DNA of 63,709 bases, counting the filler, from Collodictyon triciliatum (Eukaryota), in assembly GCA_043381765.1 (NCBI GenBank). It is 10 parts of 10 records of this genome, joined end to end, with 100 filler letters (N's around TTAATTAATTAA, not from the genome) between each part and the next. Parts side by side here need not be neighbours in the genome. Positions count along the whole stretch, not along the records: positions 20,897 to 27,752 come from JBHJMP010004199.1; positions 27,853 to 34,702 come from JBHJMP010004200.1; positions 34,803 to 41,652 come from JBHJMP010004201.1; 7 more parts are not named here. One strand, 5' to 3'. The notes under the pieces are model-generated. The model searched no databases. It was not told where the DNA came from and saw nothing but the letters and a program-made list of their open reading frames with translations. The stretch's first letter is position 1, and every line of letters starts with the position of its first letter. Of this stretch, positions 26,254 through 38,903 are shown one piece after another. Made by a program: the position numbers and the translations under genes.

Positions 26254-28998
26254 TCCGATGGGCGCGGTAGTTGTGCCTTTTTTTATTAAAAAAAAAAAAA
26301 GCAATAATAATAATATCAGATACACATCCACTTCAATTTTTGTTTAGGCAGAAAGGAGAACTTTCAAGCCGGAACATACTAAAACGAAAGACATAGATCC
26401 CAACCCTTGCGCCGGCAATATACTTGTTTATCATGGTAATAAGAGATTGTCGAAAAGTAATCATCTCAAGATATAAACACCTAAGCGCTCAGGCAGACAA
26501 AGGCCCTTCTCTTCTTCGAATAAACTATGATCGCAAGAGAAAACGAAAAAGAAAACAGAAACAGAGAACGAAAAAGAAAAAGAAGAAAACGAAACAGAAC
26601 CAGGACCAGAACCAGAAACTTCACGCAGGGAGGGCCGTATTACGGCAAAATGGGCATAGATCCGAGGCGAGACTACCCGCAATGGCCGAAGAATCCGAGC
26701 CGTGCGGAGCGACCCACCAGGACGCGTGTCGCCCCACAAAGCCGGTCTTCTGATCACTCTCGCGCACACCCTCTCTGCCTGCCTCGGCCATGAAATACTG
26801 CACCAGGATCTGGTGGCAGGAGAGAACATTCTATAGAATACACTTATATCTGGATTTCACAATCTCCGAACTAGCCAAGGGAAAAGCGGACAGCCTAAGC
26901 ACCCGGAAATGGCTTCGCGGCGGTGACGTGGCCATTTTTATTTGGTATGAATTCGATTTTATAATTGCGGAATATATAAATTATTATTTATACATTATTA
27001 CATATTGACATTTTAAAGACGATGGTAATATGTAAACTAATCAGAATATAAATTTATATTATTGTGCATCAAAACTAGGTTTCCACAATCGTATTCGTTT
27101 TTTATGACTTTCGATGCACATCAAAAGAAGGATGGAAAAAGTCCAATTTTGATTTCAATTGTGGTGCGTTCAATGGGAATATTCCATTTAGTCACATTTT
27201 TGGACCGGACAGCCACACGCGGCAAAACACACGGTTGAGCAACAAAAGAGACAGAGACAGGAAAAGAGACAAGAGAGATCACGGGAAGGAAAGCCTGAAA
27301 AACCTTCGATCATAATCACAAGCGAAAGCACCCATTCGCATGGAGGAAGACCAGCCACACTGGACATGTTTCGCGCTTATCATCTGATCTGGTTAACTTT
27401 GTGTGACAGGATCGAACTGCGTAAGTTTCCCAGTCAACTCCCAGCGAAAGCACATAATAACCGCACTCAGAACTTCCAGAGCTTCAGCTCAAAATGTTCA
27501 AGTTCAGGTAAAGTAGTTTTTTTTCCCGGTGCTGTTTGCCCAATATTTTCCGCTTTACTTGTAAACCCGACAATTTGTTAATAACCACAGGGATGTGCAG
27601 TATTGGCTCTTCCTAATAGCAGGGCTGTCAGTTGTCTGCTCCAAAGGTTGATTTTCTATTGCACATGTTTTTTTTTAACAAAAAAAAAAAAAAAATAAAG
27701 GGAGTTTTTTTTTTTTTTTTTGAAAATTAAAAAAAAAAATTTTAATTTAAAANNNNNNNNNNNNNNNNNNNNNNNNNNNNNNNNNNNNNNNNNNNNTTAA
27801 TTAATTAANNNNNNNNNNNNNNNNNNNNNNNNNNNNNNNNNNNNNNNNNNNNTTCTTTTTCTTTTTCTTTTTCTTTTTCTTTTTCTTTTTCTTTTTCTTT
27901 TTCTTTTTCTTTTTCTTTTTCTTATTGTATTGTGTCCGTGGTGATTTTCTGCAGTTCGATTCGTGGTCGGCCCGATGAGAGTTGATGATAACGAAAAAGA
28001 AATAAACATAGCAAAGCACTTCACCACTCGAAATGAATTTGAATCGCCTGTTGTCGCTTTTGTTGTTTACTTGGCCGTGCTCGGCCATGAACCAGTTGTT
28101 TTTTCCATCAGCAATAGGTATGAGTCTGGTCAAGTCAAGCAAAGCAGAGCAGCCAACTGATCCGTCCCTTGCGAGGCTCATTTCAAGCGAGTTTGATAAA
28201 TTGTAAGCCCTCCCCGTGGTAGATTGTATTTGAGCCACTTTTTGTTTTTCATTTTTTATTCATTTTTATTATTCGCATATCGCCTTTTCTTTTTCTTTCC
28301 TTTTCTTTTCCTTATTCTTTAATTTTTCTTTTTCTTTTCTTTTTCTTTTTCTTTTTTATTTTTCTTTTTTCTTTTTCTTTTTTCTTTTTCTTTTTTCTTT
28401 TTCTTTTTTATTTTTCTTTTTTATTTTTCTTTTTTATTTTTCTTTTTTATTTTTCTTTTTTATTTTTCTTTTTTATTTTTCTTTTATTTTTCTTTTATTT
28501 TTCTTTTATTTTTCTTTTATTTTTCTTTTATTTTTCTTTTATTTTTCTTTTTGTTATATCCTTCGATATTATTTAACACGCGTAGAGAATTAAGTCTTGA
28601 TTCCATTTTAAACCGTGTTATCACAATATTAATATAAAATATTGATAGCAAATATTAATACATTGCATGCGAATTTATGTAATGTAGATATGTCTTTTCT
28701 TTTCCTATTCCTTTTTCCTTTTCTTTTCCTTTTTCTTTTCCTTTTTCTTTTCCTTTTTCTTTTCCTTTTTCTTTTCCTTTTTCTTTTCCTTTTTCTTTTC
28801 TCTTAAGTTTTAGTTTTAGTTTTATAATATTCGGATGGCACCCATTAAGAAACGTTACTAGATGTTTGTTATCATTAATAAATAAGTATGCTCCGTGCAC
28901 ATCGACAATTGAGCTGATTTCATCTTCGTGTGAATTAATGGCATTGACAATGGCTTCTTTTCTTATTATGATTATTCCAATTATTCTGATCGTGAAGA

Positions 28999-29905
28999 TA
29001 CACGAGCCTTTTTGCGCCGCAAGTTCTCCTCATTGAACCTCCGAACCCATGCGAGGGAGCACAAAAGGTTGATCTGGAGGATCTACAAAAACAGAATGAA
29101 AGTGCAAAAGTTTCGCCAAGGACTCCACGATCTAGAAGGATGAAAGGTGCCATTATTTTACTACAATTACCACTATATGATTAACAATCATGAAAAATAA
29201 TGAAATTGACGGTCTGCTTCACTATGGGACTAGGCATACATACCCTGATTTAAATCATTAAACAACTCTTTGTGCGTAGTCCATGCTTATGTAGCTATGT
29301 TTATTCGATTTTGTTTTATGTGATTATTTTTTTTATTCTTCCTTTCAACTTTTGTGCAGGACCGAGGGGATTTTGTTTTATGTGATATTGATTTCACGAC
29401 GCTTGCTTCGATTTCCGTATTGACCTTTTATTATCATTTAGTTCATAAAGACTTTGTCACTAGCGATACCAAGAAGAGAACTTCAAATACACTTCAAAAG
29501 AGAGGAAATGCAAAAGGTACGCTCATCCGGTCCCCGCCTCCGATAAACTTTAGGAAAAATATCGGCTCTACAAGAAGATTTCAAACAAGCAGAAGTGCCA
29601 TCGACGTAGAAAAAATATCAAAGTCCTACCGGAGCGATACACAAAAGGCCATACTATCACGATATCCGTTCCTCAGCAGGAACCTTGCAAGGCAAAAAGC
29701 ACAGAGTATCAGACATTCCACTGCTCCAACAAGGAAGGTCGCCATCAGATGCCCAAGGACAAAGCCAGACTCAACTGTAATGAAGGCCGTCTTATCGTCC
29801 TACCAGGGCTATTTTGAAGCAGAGCGGAATGTTCATGAGAGTACACCTCCAGCAAAAAGGGCGTTTCAGCTTTGGTGGATGGGGCTTCACAGGGAATTGG
29901 ATTAG
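28999..29905 (+). CDS. Probable exons of an uncharacterised low-complexity protein
   Basis: Phase-compatible GT-AG join of ..SPRTPRSRRMK (to about 29146) with VHKDFVTSD.. (from about 29442, in ORF 29354-29905). No recognisable domain. Confidence 0.3.
29325..29368 (-). mobile_element. Tiny A-tailed retroposed insert, family A, copy 1, with 18-bp TSD
   Basis: GATTTTGTTTTATGTGAT lies at 29307-29324 and 29369-29386. It flanks minus-strand CCCTCGGTCCTGCACAAAAGTTGAAAGGAAGAATAAAAAAAATA. Confidence 0.88.
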
Positions 29906-30551
29906 TGAAGATGCACCCAAACTATTGCATCGTGTTGTCGAACATCCGCCGCATAATAAACTCACAATCAAAATCCCTCGTCCAAGGGATGAGATTTTGG
30001 TTTCTTTGATTTACATTCTCATATTCCTCTGCACTGAATAATCTTAACTTTTCTTTTTTTTTTCTTTTTTCTTTTTTTCTTTTTTTCTTTTTTTCTTTTT
30101 TCTTTTTTCTTTTTTTCTATTTTTTCTTTTTTTTCTTTTTTTCGTTTTTTCTTTTTGGTATTGCTCTATCACTAGATTTCAACATCTATTAAAGTATACC
30201 AGAGAAATGGTGGTTAAGTCCTCGTTATAGGCATGGAATTAAGAATGCAAGAAACATGAATGATATTCAGTGCTTTGGTTCGTTTTATTTACGATTATTT
30301 TTACGTGATTCTTGTTCATGAGGAGGGTCATTGTTCCAATTTGAATCGAATAGCGGGTGAAAATTAGGACAGGAGGAATCGGAGTCATGAAGAATCCGGT
30401 GCGTCATTATGAGTAGAAGAATGAGAAGAAAAAGAATAAAGGCATATTAGAACAGTGGACTTTGTGAATGGGGATGGGGCAGTGGGCCGGACTCTGAGCT
30501 TTGCGGCCTTGTTTGATGCAGAGGGTGCCAACGCGACACTGAAAGTGAGCC

Positions 30552-33500
30552 TCATTGTGCTCCCAGGTCATCGAGAGCAGAGCGAGACTTTGGTATAGAG
30601 ACGAGTGGTTTTTTGTCCGATAGTGTAGGAATGGTGTCTGACACATAAGTGGGCATCATCGTTGAAGTACCTACACGGGTGAATAACCCGGTATAAAATT
30701 CGCAATTTCGCTTCTTTTTTTTTTTTTTAATTCTCATATTTCCTGCCATGTATTGGTTATGCATAATATCATTTTATTTATGTTAACACTTGAACGAAGG
30801 GGGAGGAAATAATAATAATAAAAAAAATAAAAAACGTGGGGAAATGGATGTCCCTATCTTTGTTTCTTTAGTTCACTTATGATTTTGTTTGACTTGGATT
30901 TCGGCTCATGAAATCGATTCATATCAGGGTTTTTTGAAAGAGAGAAATAGATAATATGAGAAAAATAAAACAGAACCTATTCTTAATCAAAATACCTGTG
31001 GGTTCAGGCTCGATGGTGTGGTGACTGTCAGGCGCATAATTCAGATATTGTAAAAAGAAAATGCATTGTGAAAACATTTTCTCAAATATATATCATACAC
31101 AACTTATCTCGTAGCGAATGAGAACTATTTACTTGACGTACTTCCGGCGAGGAATGTTTGCGGGTCGGGATTGGTTGTTTGGCTTTGAATAAAGTCATAT
31201 TAAATTAGAATCATGGTTTCATCATTTGGTAGTTATTTATTTTCTTTGTAATATCCCAGGAGAACACCAGAAAACATCATGATAATTTATTTTATTTTTT
31301 TTATTCTTCCTTTCAACTTTTGTGCAGGACCGAGGGGAACATCATGATATATTATTTCCATATGCCAAGAGCTGGTATATATAAACTTACAGGGTGCGGA
31401 CTAAGCATCTTTAGTTTGTGGTAAAGAGGAGGTTTTGGTATCCGCAACAACGACGGAATAGGATTTGAATGCTGAACAGACCTATGCATATATTGTTTTG
31501 GTGTAGTTGTTAGTACTTTGTCGATGTAGCAGGAGTAAGTAAACCTGACAATGGGTTGAGCACTCGGAAAAATGATATTGATATGGCTATGAACTCTTCG
31601 AGAATGAGCAAAAATGCGACAGAAAGAGCTAATTGATACATGTAATTTTGTTGAAGTAAATGGATTTTGTGAAAATAAATTTGCAGAATTGCTATTACGA
31701 TTGGGCTGTGGATGCTTCCCAGTTGAGTCCTCTGTGCATTATGTAAATCAATTTACGTTAATATGATGAGTCCAAAAAATGAAATATTGATGACACCTCA
31801 TCTGATTGGTAATTTAAACAGTACAACTGAGGTATTTTTGATAAATCCCCAAATATGAGAAGAGTAAAAAAATTTAAAAAAAATCTAACATTTTTGAACG
31901 CCCGTAAGTTGAGACCCACTGCCTAACACCCCGTATATCTTTAAATTCTGTGCTTGCGATTCTGGTATATGGGTTTATTTCATCCACATCGATGGCCGAC
32001 ACAAGAATCGCCTAAATTAAATCTTTACATCACCCTTTGAATCGAGAAGAAAAAAAAAGAAAGAAAAAAAAAAGGAGAGGGGGGGGGGGGGTTTTTATTT
32101 TGTAATCCCCATTCGACTTTGCCGATGTGATTTTAGGATTCATTCATATCCATAAATAAGTTGATGTATAAAACAAGTGTATCGCATCGTCACCTTTCCA
32201 ATATCAGCCCAAGATTTTTGTGTATATATTTGAGGCCCGTTGGCTTGAGACGAGTGTATATCACTCAAGCAGACTAAATTTAATAAATAATATCCATTAC
32301 TATTTATTTATTTATTTATTTTTACATCTGATGTGTGAGTGGAAGGCCGAATTAAATTTGTCGCAGAAAATTGAATGATAACCTCCTGATGAAGCAGTTA
32401 TTTTTCTAGATGACTTTCCAGCATTATAGTTGCATTCGAGAGTATATGATTGAACCACTCCACTTTGGTAGTAAAGGGCTACCCGACCACAGCTCTCTTT
32501 GGTACGCGCATCTTTTCTGTGAAATTTGCATTATAAAAAAAAATATATTGCGACATGCTCCTGATTGTCAAGATTATCAATTTTCCATAAAATTTTGTTT
32601 CAAAGAATATATAAAAACCTCTCCTGAGCAACCATATTTTCGCGAGAAAAATTGCATTGGTCCATATCAAAATGAGCTGTGTTTAAGGACAATATTTTGC
32701 AGTACGATACAGTTTTGGTAAAATCTTCGTCACGCACCTTGGATTAAAATAAATTAGCGAATGTATTATGGTTCATTTCATTTTTTTAAAAACAAATAAT
32801 TGGTAAAATGATTATATTTATATTTTTACCATAAAATTTCCGTACATGAAGCAACCTTTTTTTGTTGCATGTGCGTGGCAATCCACATAAAGTATTACTC
32901 CGTAATCTTGATTGCATTTTAGAAAAACCTGAACAGTACGCGTTAGGGATTATATGTATATCAATTGTCACTATCATTTAGAAGGTAGAGAAAAAAGGTA
33001 TTGTTTCGTACAAATAATCGTCGGTGATAGAGATTTTGATGACACAAATAGAAATAGAGAATTACCTTCTGGGTGGCAAAAATTGAGGGGTGTAGGTTCA
33101 TGTCTGGATTGTCATAGTAGCGATTAAGGTTGACTCCGTTTGTATCGGTTCGGTAGTTGCCCACTATACAATTATATTTTTTTTATTCGCCAACTCGGCT
33201 AAGCTTTAGTTCTAGAAATAGCAGCTATTTATAAAAAGTGCAGGGGGGATAGACTAAGAGACAAACCAATCACCCCATCCGGGTTCAGCATGGGGATTAT
33301 CTTTATGATATAATTTTCTCGAATTATTCTTGCTCTGGGGTCTGTGTCGATGTGTTGCATATATATCGATGAGTGCCATTTGGATTTCGAATGGTTTCGT
33401 TCAGTTTTCTTTAACTTATACGTACTGAATGTCATATATTTGATTCTTAAACTAGCAAAGTATTCATTACTGTGTACAAAAAAATATGATTATGAAGCGA

Positions 33501-34350
33501 TGCTTGTATTTTGAAAATATATTGTATCTTATTTTTACCGTTTTGGAGAGCAAAAAGCATTGCACCGTCAATAACATAACTCGAAGGAGTTTCTCCAGGG
33601 TGGACTCTAGCAGTTAGAAATATGACTGGTTTCTTTTTCAGTTTCAGTGATGTAGGCTGCGATGTATCCGGAAATAGCCCATCTGATGAAAATTAATACT
33701 TAAATTTGAGATTGGTGGATATTTTCAATGAATAAGAAAGAGCTTTGGTTACGTATATGGGTATTCATAAAAACCTGGTCTATCTTCTTCTGATCCATCG
33801 TGGATATTACTGGTGGAACTTTAAAATAGCGAAATAGGATAAAGATATTTACTTATACAATACAAAAAGAACAAAACGAAAATAGAATGTTATCGGCGAG
33901 TGTTGGACAAACGTGATTGTGATAAGGTCCACTCTATTCCCAAGTACCGATGTCGTCAACAAATCGCGGTGATAATATATCCCCTTGGAATATAAACTGT
34001 GGTATTAAAAAAAAAAATTAATTTGCTATTTTAGGGGGGGGGGGGGGGAAAAAAAAAAAAAAAAAAAAAATTTTCATAAAAAAAAAAAAAGTAGTAAAAA
34101 AAAAAAAAAAAAATTTTTTGGAGGGGGGGGGGGGGGGGGGACCAAAAAAAAAAGTAGAAAAAGACTAGTACTTTTGACATCTTACTCTGTTTGTGTGTCA
34201 TCCAAGTATGACAATTTATTCTGAAGATCAGAATAAGTATAGGGATAACAAAATGCGAAATAGACGATTTCTTTTTCATATTCAAATCTATATCTAAATT
34301 TGACTCGAAAATGCTCATCAATCATTTGTCCTTGTGTCTGAAGTGGAATT
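30552..34350 (-). CDS. AGBL5: Cytosolic carboxypeptidase 5-like tubulin deglutamylase (M14 family), 5' end truncated
   Basis: Exons give [87 protein letters not shown] and [13 protein letters not shown], which are CCP5-type signatures. The 3' low-complexity exons and the stop at 30552 are less certain. Confidence 0.88.
31285..31337 (-). mobile_element. Tiny A-tailed retroposed insert, family A, copy 2, with 12-bp TSD
   Basis: AACATCATGATA lies at 31273-31284 and 31338-31349. It flanks the same core as copy 1 with a longer (TAAAA) tail, in a probable AGBL5 intron. Confidence 0.88.
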
Positions 34351-34802
34351 CTGAGTAAACGTGTATAGAGGAGACATGTATCATTTAGTACAATATTTTA
34401 GTATTTCAGCATATGTCCGTGCATGTAATTAACGGATTGTAGTTTAATACAAGGGATGCTATTTGTAAAGCGCATTTAAAATTCGATCGTGTGTTTTCTT
34501 TTTCTTTTCTTTTTTTTCTTTTCTTTTTTTCTTTTCTTTTTTTCTTTTCTTTTTTTCTTTTCTTTTTTTCTTTTCTTTTTTTCTTTTCTTTTTTTCTTTT
34601 CTTTTTTTCTTTTCTTTTTTTCTTTTCTTTTTTCTTTTCTTTTTTTCTTTTCTTTTTTTCTTTTCTTTTTTCTTTTCTTTTTTTCTTTTCTTTTTTTCTT
34701 TTNNNNNNNNNNNNNNNNNNNNNNNNNNNNNNNNNNNNNNNNNNNNTTAATTAATTAANNNNNNNNNNNNNNNNNNNNNNNNNNNNNNNNNNNNNNNNNN
34801 NN

Positions 34803-37800
34803 ATTGGAATCGCCTGCGGATATTTGTGTTTTTCTCCTGTTTTGTCTCCCCAAGTTCCATATTCCAGGATATCTTCCTTCATCTCTGCCATTTCTTTCAA
34901 AGCAAAGAACGCCTGTTGTGAATCTCGTTGAGCAAGTTGCTTGAGTTTTTCAAAGTCCTCCGCATTTTTGTAACATTCTACAGTTTTTTCTGCATCTCTT
35001 TCAACGCCCCATCCGTTTTCATAGCACTCAGCGATTATCAGAACAGCCTCTGGATATTTGTATTTCTCGCCAATTTTTCTCCTGCGACTCATAACATTTT
35101 CTTTAATTTCAGCCATTTCTTTTAAAGCAATGAATGCTTCCTTGGAGCCCTTTTGTGCTAATTGCATCATTTTTCCAAAGCTCTCTGATTCTTTTAACCA
35201 TTTGACTGTTTCCTTGAGGTCTCTTTCAACACCCCATCCATTTTCATAACAGTTCGCAACAATTGGAATCGCCTGCGGATATTTGTGTTTTTCTCCTGTT
35301 TTGTCTCCCCAAGTTCCATATTCCAGGATATCTTCCTTCATCTCTGCCATTTCTTTCAAAGCAAAGAACGCCTGTTGTGAATAACGTTGAGCAAGTTGCT
35401 TGAGTTTTTCAAATTCTTGGGCACTTTTGTAATATTCTACAGTTTTTTCTGCATCTCTTTCAACACCCCATCCGTTTTCATAGCACTCAGCCACGATTAT
35501 AAGTACCAGAGGAAATTTGCGTCTTTCTCCTATTCTTCGGTCAGATTCGTCGAAAACATCTTCTTTAATTTCAGACATTTCTTTCAAGGCAATGAATGCT
35601 TCCTTGGAGCCCTTTTGTGAGATTTGCTGAAGTTTATAAACGTCTTCCGCTGCTTTAAATAAATCAATAGCTTTTGAGATATTCCTCTCGACACTCCATC
35701 CATTTTCATAGCACTCAGCTATGATTGAAACAGCTTGTGGATATTCATACTTTTCTCCAATTTTATCTCCCCATGTTTGATATTGCAAAATATTGAATGC
35801 ATCGAGGGAACCTTGTTGCACAAGGTGTCTCAACTCACCGAAATCTAATAATAGCTTCAAAGGGGCTACTGCTCTCCAGTAATTTGCTTTCTCGGTGTCT
35901 TTCTCTACATCCCATCCATTTTCATAACAGTCAGCCATCATCTGAGCTTGGAACTTTGTGTAATTTCCTTGTTCACAATACCTCACAAACTCTTCATCGA
36001 AGGAAGTAGCACCAATCGAAAACAAGAGTGATTTGTTGTTTTGACCCAAATTAGTGACATTCCTCATTTGAATGTCCCCACCCTCCAATTTTCGTGGTCG
36101 AATAGCTGGTATTGTCACCAAATCTATCGTTTCTTCGGCGCTGCTAGAATTTATTTCGCTACTACTTTTGAATGATGGTGTCTCATGTTCGCCGAAATTT
36201 ATCTTGGGACGGTATTTTACCTGGGTGTAAGGTACTTCTGATTCATGAGAGGAAATAATTTGGCTTCCTATTGATATATCCCATATAGATATTGCCTTAT
36301 CCCCACTTCCAGAGGCTAGCCAGGTTTCGCCGTTTGGTCCTTTGATACCGCAAACGCTGAAGACAGCTTCTGTATGACCACCAAATATTTGGACCTCATT
36401 TCCAGTTTCTGTATCCCAGACACGAATTGCTTTGTCTTCACTCCCAGAGGCTAGCCAGCTTTCTCCATTTGGCCCTTTGATACCACAAACACTGAAGACA
36501 GGATTTTCATGACCGCTCAAAATTCGTATCTGCTTTCCAGTGGACACGTCCCAGATGCGTATCGTTTTATCTTCACCTCCAGATGCAAGCCAGATTTCAC
36601 CATTTTTTCCTTGAATACTGCAAATGCTCAAGACACGTTCTGAATGACCTTCCAAAATCTTGACTTTTTGTCCATGGATAATGTCCCAAATGCATATTTC
36701 TCTGTAACTGCCGGAAGCCAGCCAATATTCACCATTAGGTCCTTTAATACTACAAATGCTGCTTACCCAATTGGTGTTGGTTTGCAGTCTTTTGATTTGG
36801 TTTCCAGTGACAATATCCCAAATACGTATAACATTATCTCTACTTCCAGATGCTAACCAATTTTCGCCGTTGGGTCCAAGAATACTACAAACACTGAGCA
36901 CAAGATCGGTGCTTGTATCCTCCAATATTTGGATTTGGTTCCCTGTCGTTCCATCCCAAACTCGAACTGTATTATCATAACTTCCAGATACTAACCATTT
37001 TTCACAATTAGGCGCTTGAATGCTGCAAACACTTGATACTTCATTTGTGTGACCCTTCAATATTTTGACTAAGCCTCCTGTGTTTACATTCCATATAATG
37101 ATTGTGTCATCATAACTGCCAGAAACTAACCAAATTTCTCCGTTTGACCCTGCTGCAGAACATAAAGCACTGACTGATTTTTTGTGAAATTCTAATTTAT
37201 TGTGAGAAATTCCGAATTTAGAATTTTTCATGTTCGTATCACAAAAACTGCAGTCTCCAAGTATTGAATTTGTGAAATTAACGCCAGTCAAATCAGCACC
37301 AGTGAAGTTTGCACCGTCAATTATCGAACAGCTGAGGTTCGCATTTGGAATTTTAATATTTGATAAATCTGTTCCACCAAAGGAAACATTCATGAAATTC
37401 AGGAAGGTAATTGCATCAGATGCAGCCTTTGATTTGGTCTCGTCAGTTCTTGACATGTGTATAATTCGGAATAAGGACGATATTACCCGTTCGCGATTCC
37501 ATTCCTTATCAATTTCTGTATCACCTGATACTTCAATAATAAAATCCTTGACTTTTGTAAACTCAGCGGGTTCTTTATATATTCCAATTTCTTTTGCATG
37601 GAAGGATAAGTATTTGCACGAATTCAAAGTCTTTGTGTGAAACCAACCGATGTTGTCCGCGAACTTGTCCCTCATTATTGACCAGAATTCAATAGCTTCA
37701 TTGTGCTGCTTCAGTTCCCTGTAATTTTTGTCTACATTCTCGCAAGCCACCCAGCAATTCCAGTTGTCATAGGAGTCATGTTCTCCATACCTTATGGCAG

Positions 37801-38809
37801 CTGATTTATGAAGTGTTGTAACGATGTTTAATTCCGCGCTCACTCCTGATGATTTGGCTATTCTTTGACATTGCGAACCGTCTTTCAGAGACATCATAGT
37901 GCATGTTTCACCTCTGATAAGTATAGCTTTCCTGAGGTAATCAACAACTTGGTCAAATCTAAGTAAACGAAATGGGGGTTAGCAGACATAATTTCACAAT
38001 AACTAAATTAAATAATTTAAAATAAACTTTCATGCACAATTTTTTCTTTTATTCGACTCAAGGAATTTTTATACACAATTAGAATATAAACCTCTCGAGC
38101 TCAAAGTTAGTTCTTCCTACATTTTCGAGGGAAGTTGCATAATCTGAATTCATTTCCCCCAAAGTTCTCTTACGGATTTCAAGAGTCTTCGAGTAAGCTT
38201 CCAATGCACTTTTATGACTGTAAAGGATATAATTAGTATTTATTTAAGTATATAATGAATTTTCATATGTTGTTGTTACTCTTTCATCTCATGATAGATG
38301 TCTCCGATTGATTCAAAGCAAGTGACAACGTTCGGATGATTTTCACCGAGAGCGAAAATGAATATATCTAGGGATTTCTGCAACGAAGATAAAGCCTCTG
38401 TTTTCCTATTTGAAAAGAATTCCATCACAATTCACAAATTAAACCAAATTATATTTTATATTAGATTGTGTTCAAATCACCTAGCACTTTCGACATATAC
38501 TTTTGCCATGAATTGAATTGCCGACGCAACAGATGAATGGGTAGATCCTAGCGATTTTTCAAGAATTCCCTTTGCTTTTTCATAAATTTCAATGGATTCT
38601 TCATACCTTATATTAAAATAAAAGTTTAGTGATGTTTACATGAATATTAATTTATATGCATATTACAGTGACAATTAAGTACCTTTTATCCAATAAAAAT
38701 AAGTGTCCATAATTTTGATAAGATATTGCAATGAGGGGATGCTCATTTCCAACTTTCTTTTGGCGTATTACAAAGGATTTTTTGTATTCATCCAAGGCCA
38801 TCCCAATTC

Positions 38810-38903
<94 letters not shown>

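Noticed and set aside
34751-37897. The 1048-aa ORF as a stand-alone bacterial or contaminant gene
   Set aside because: The frame stays open upstream to an AG acceptor at 37960-37961 that is phase-compatible with the TPR exons, so it is an exon of a spliced gene.
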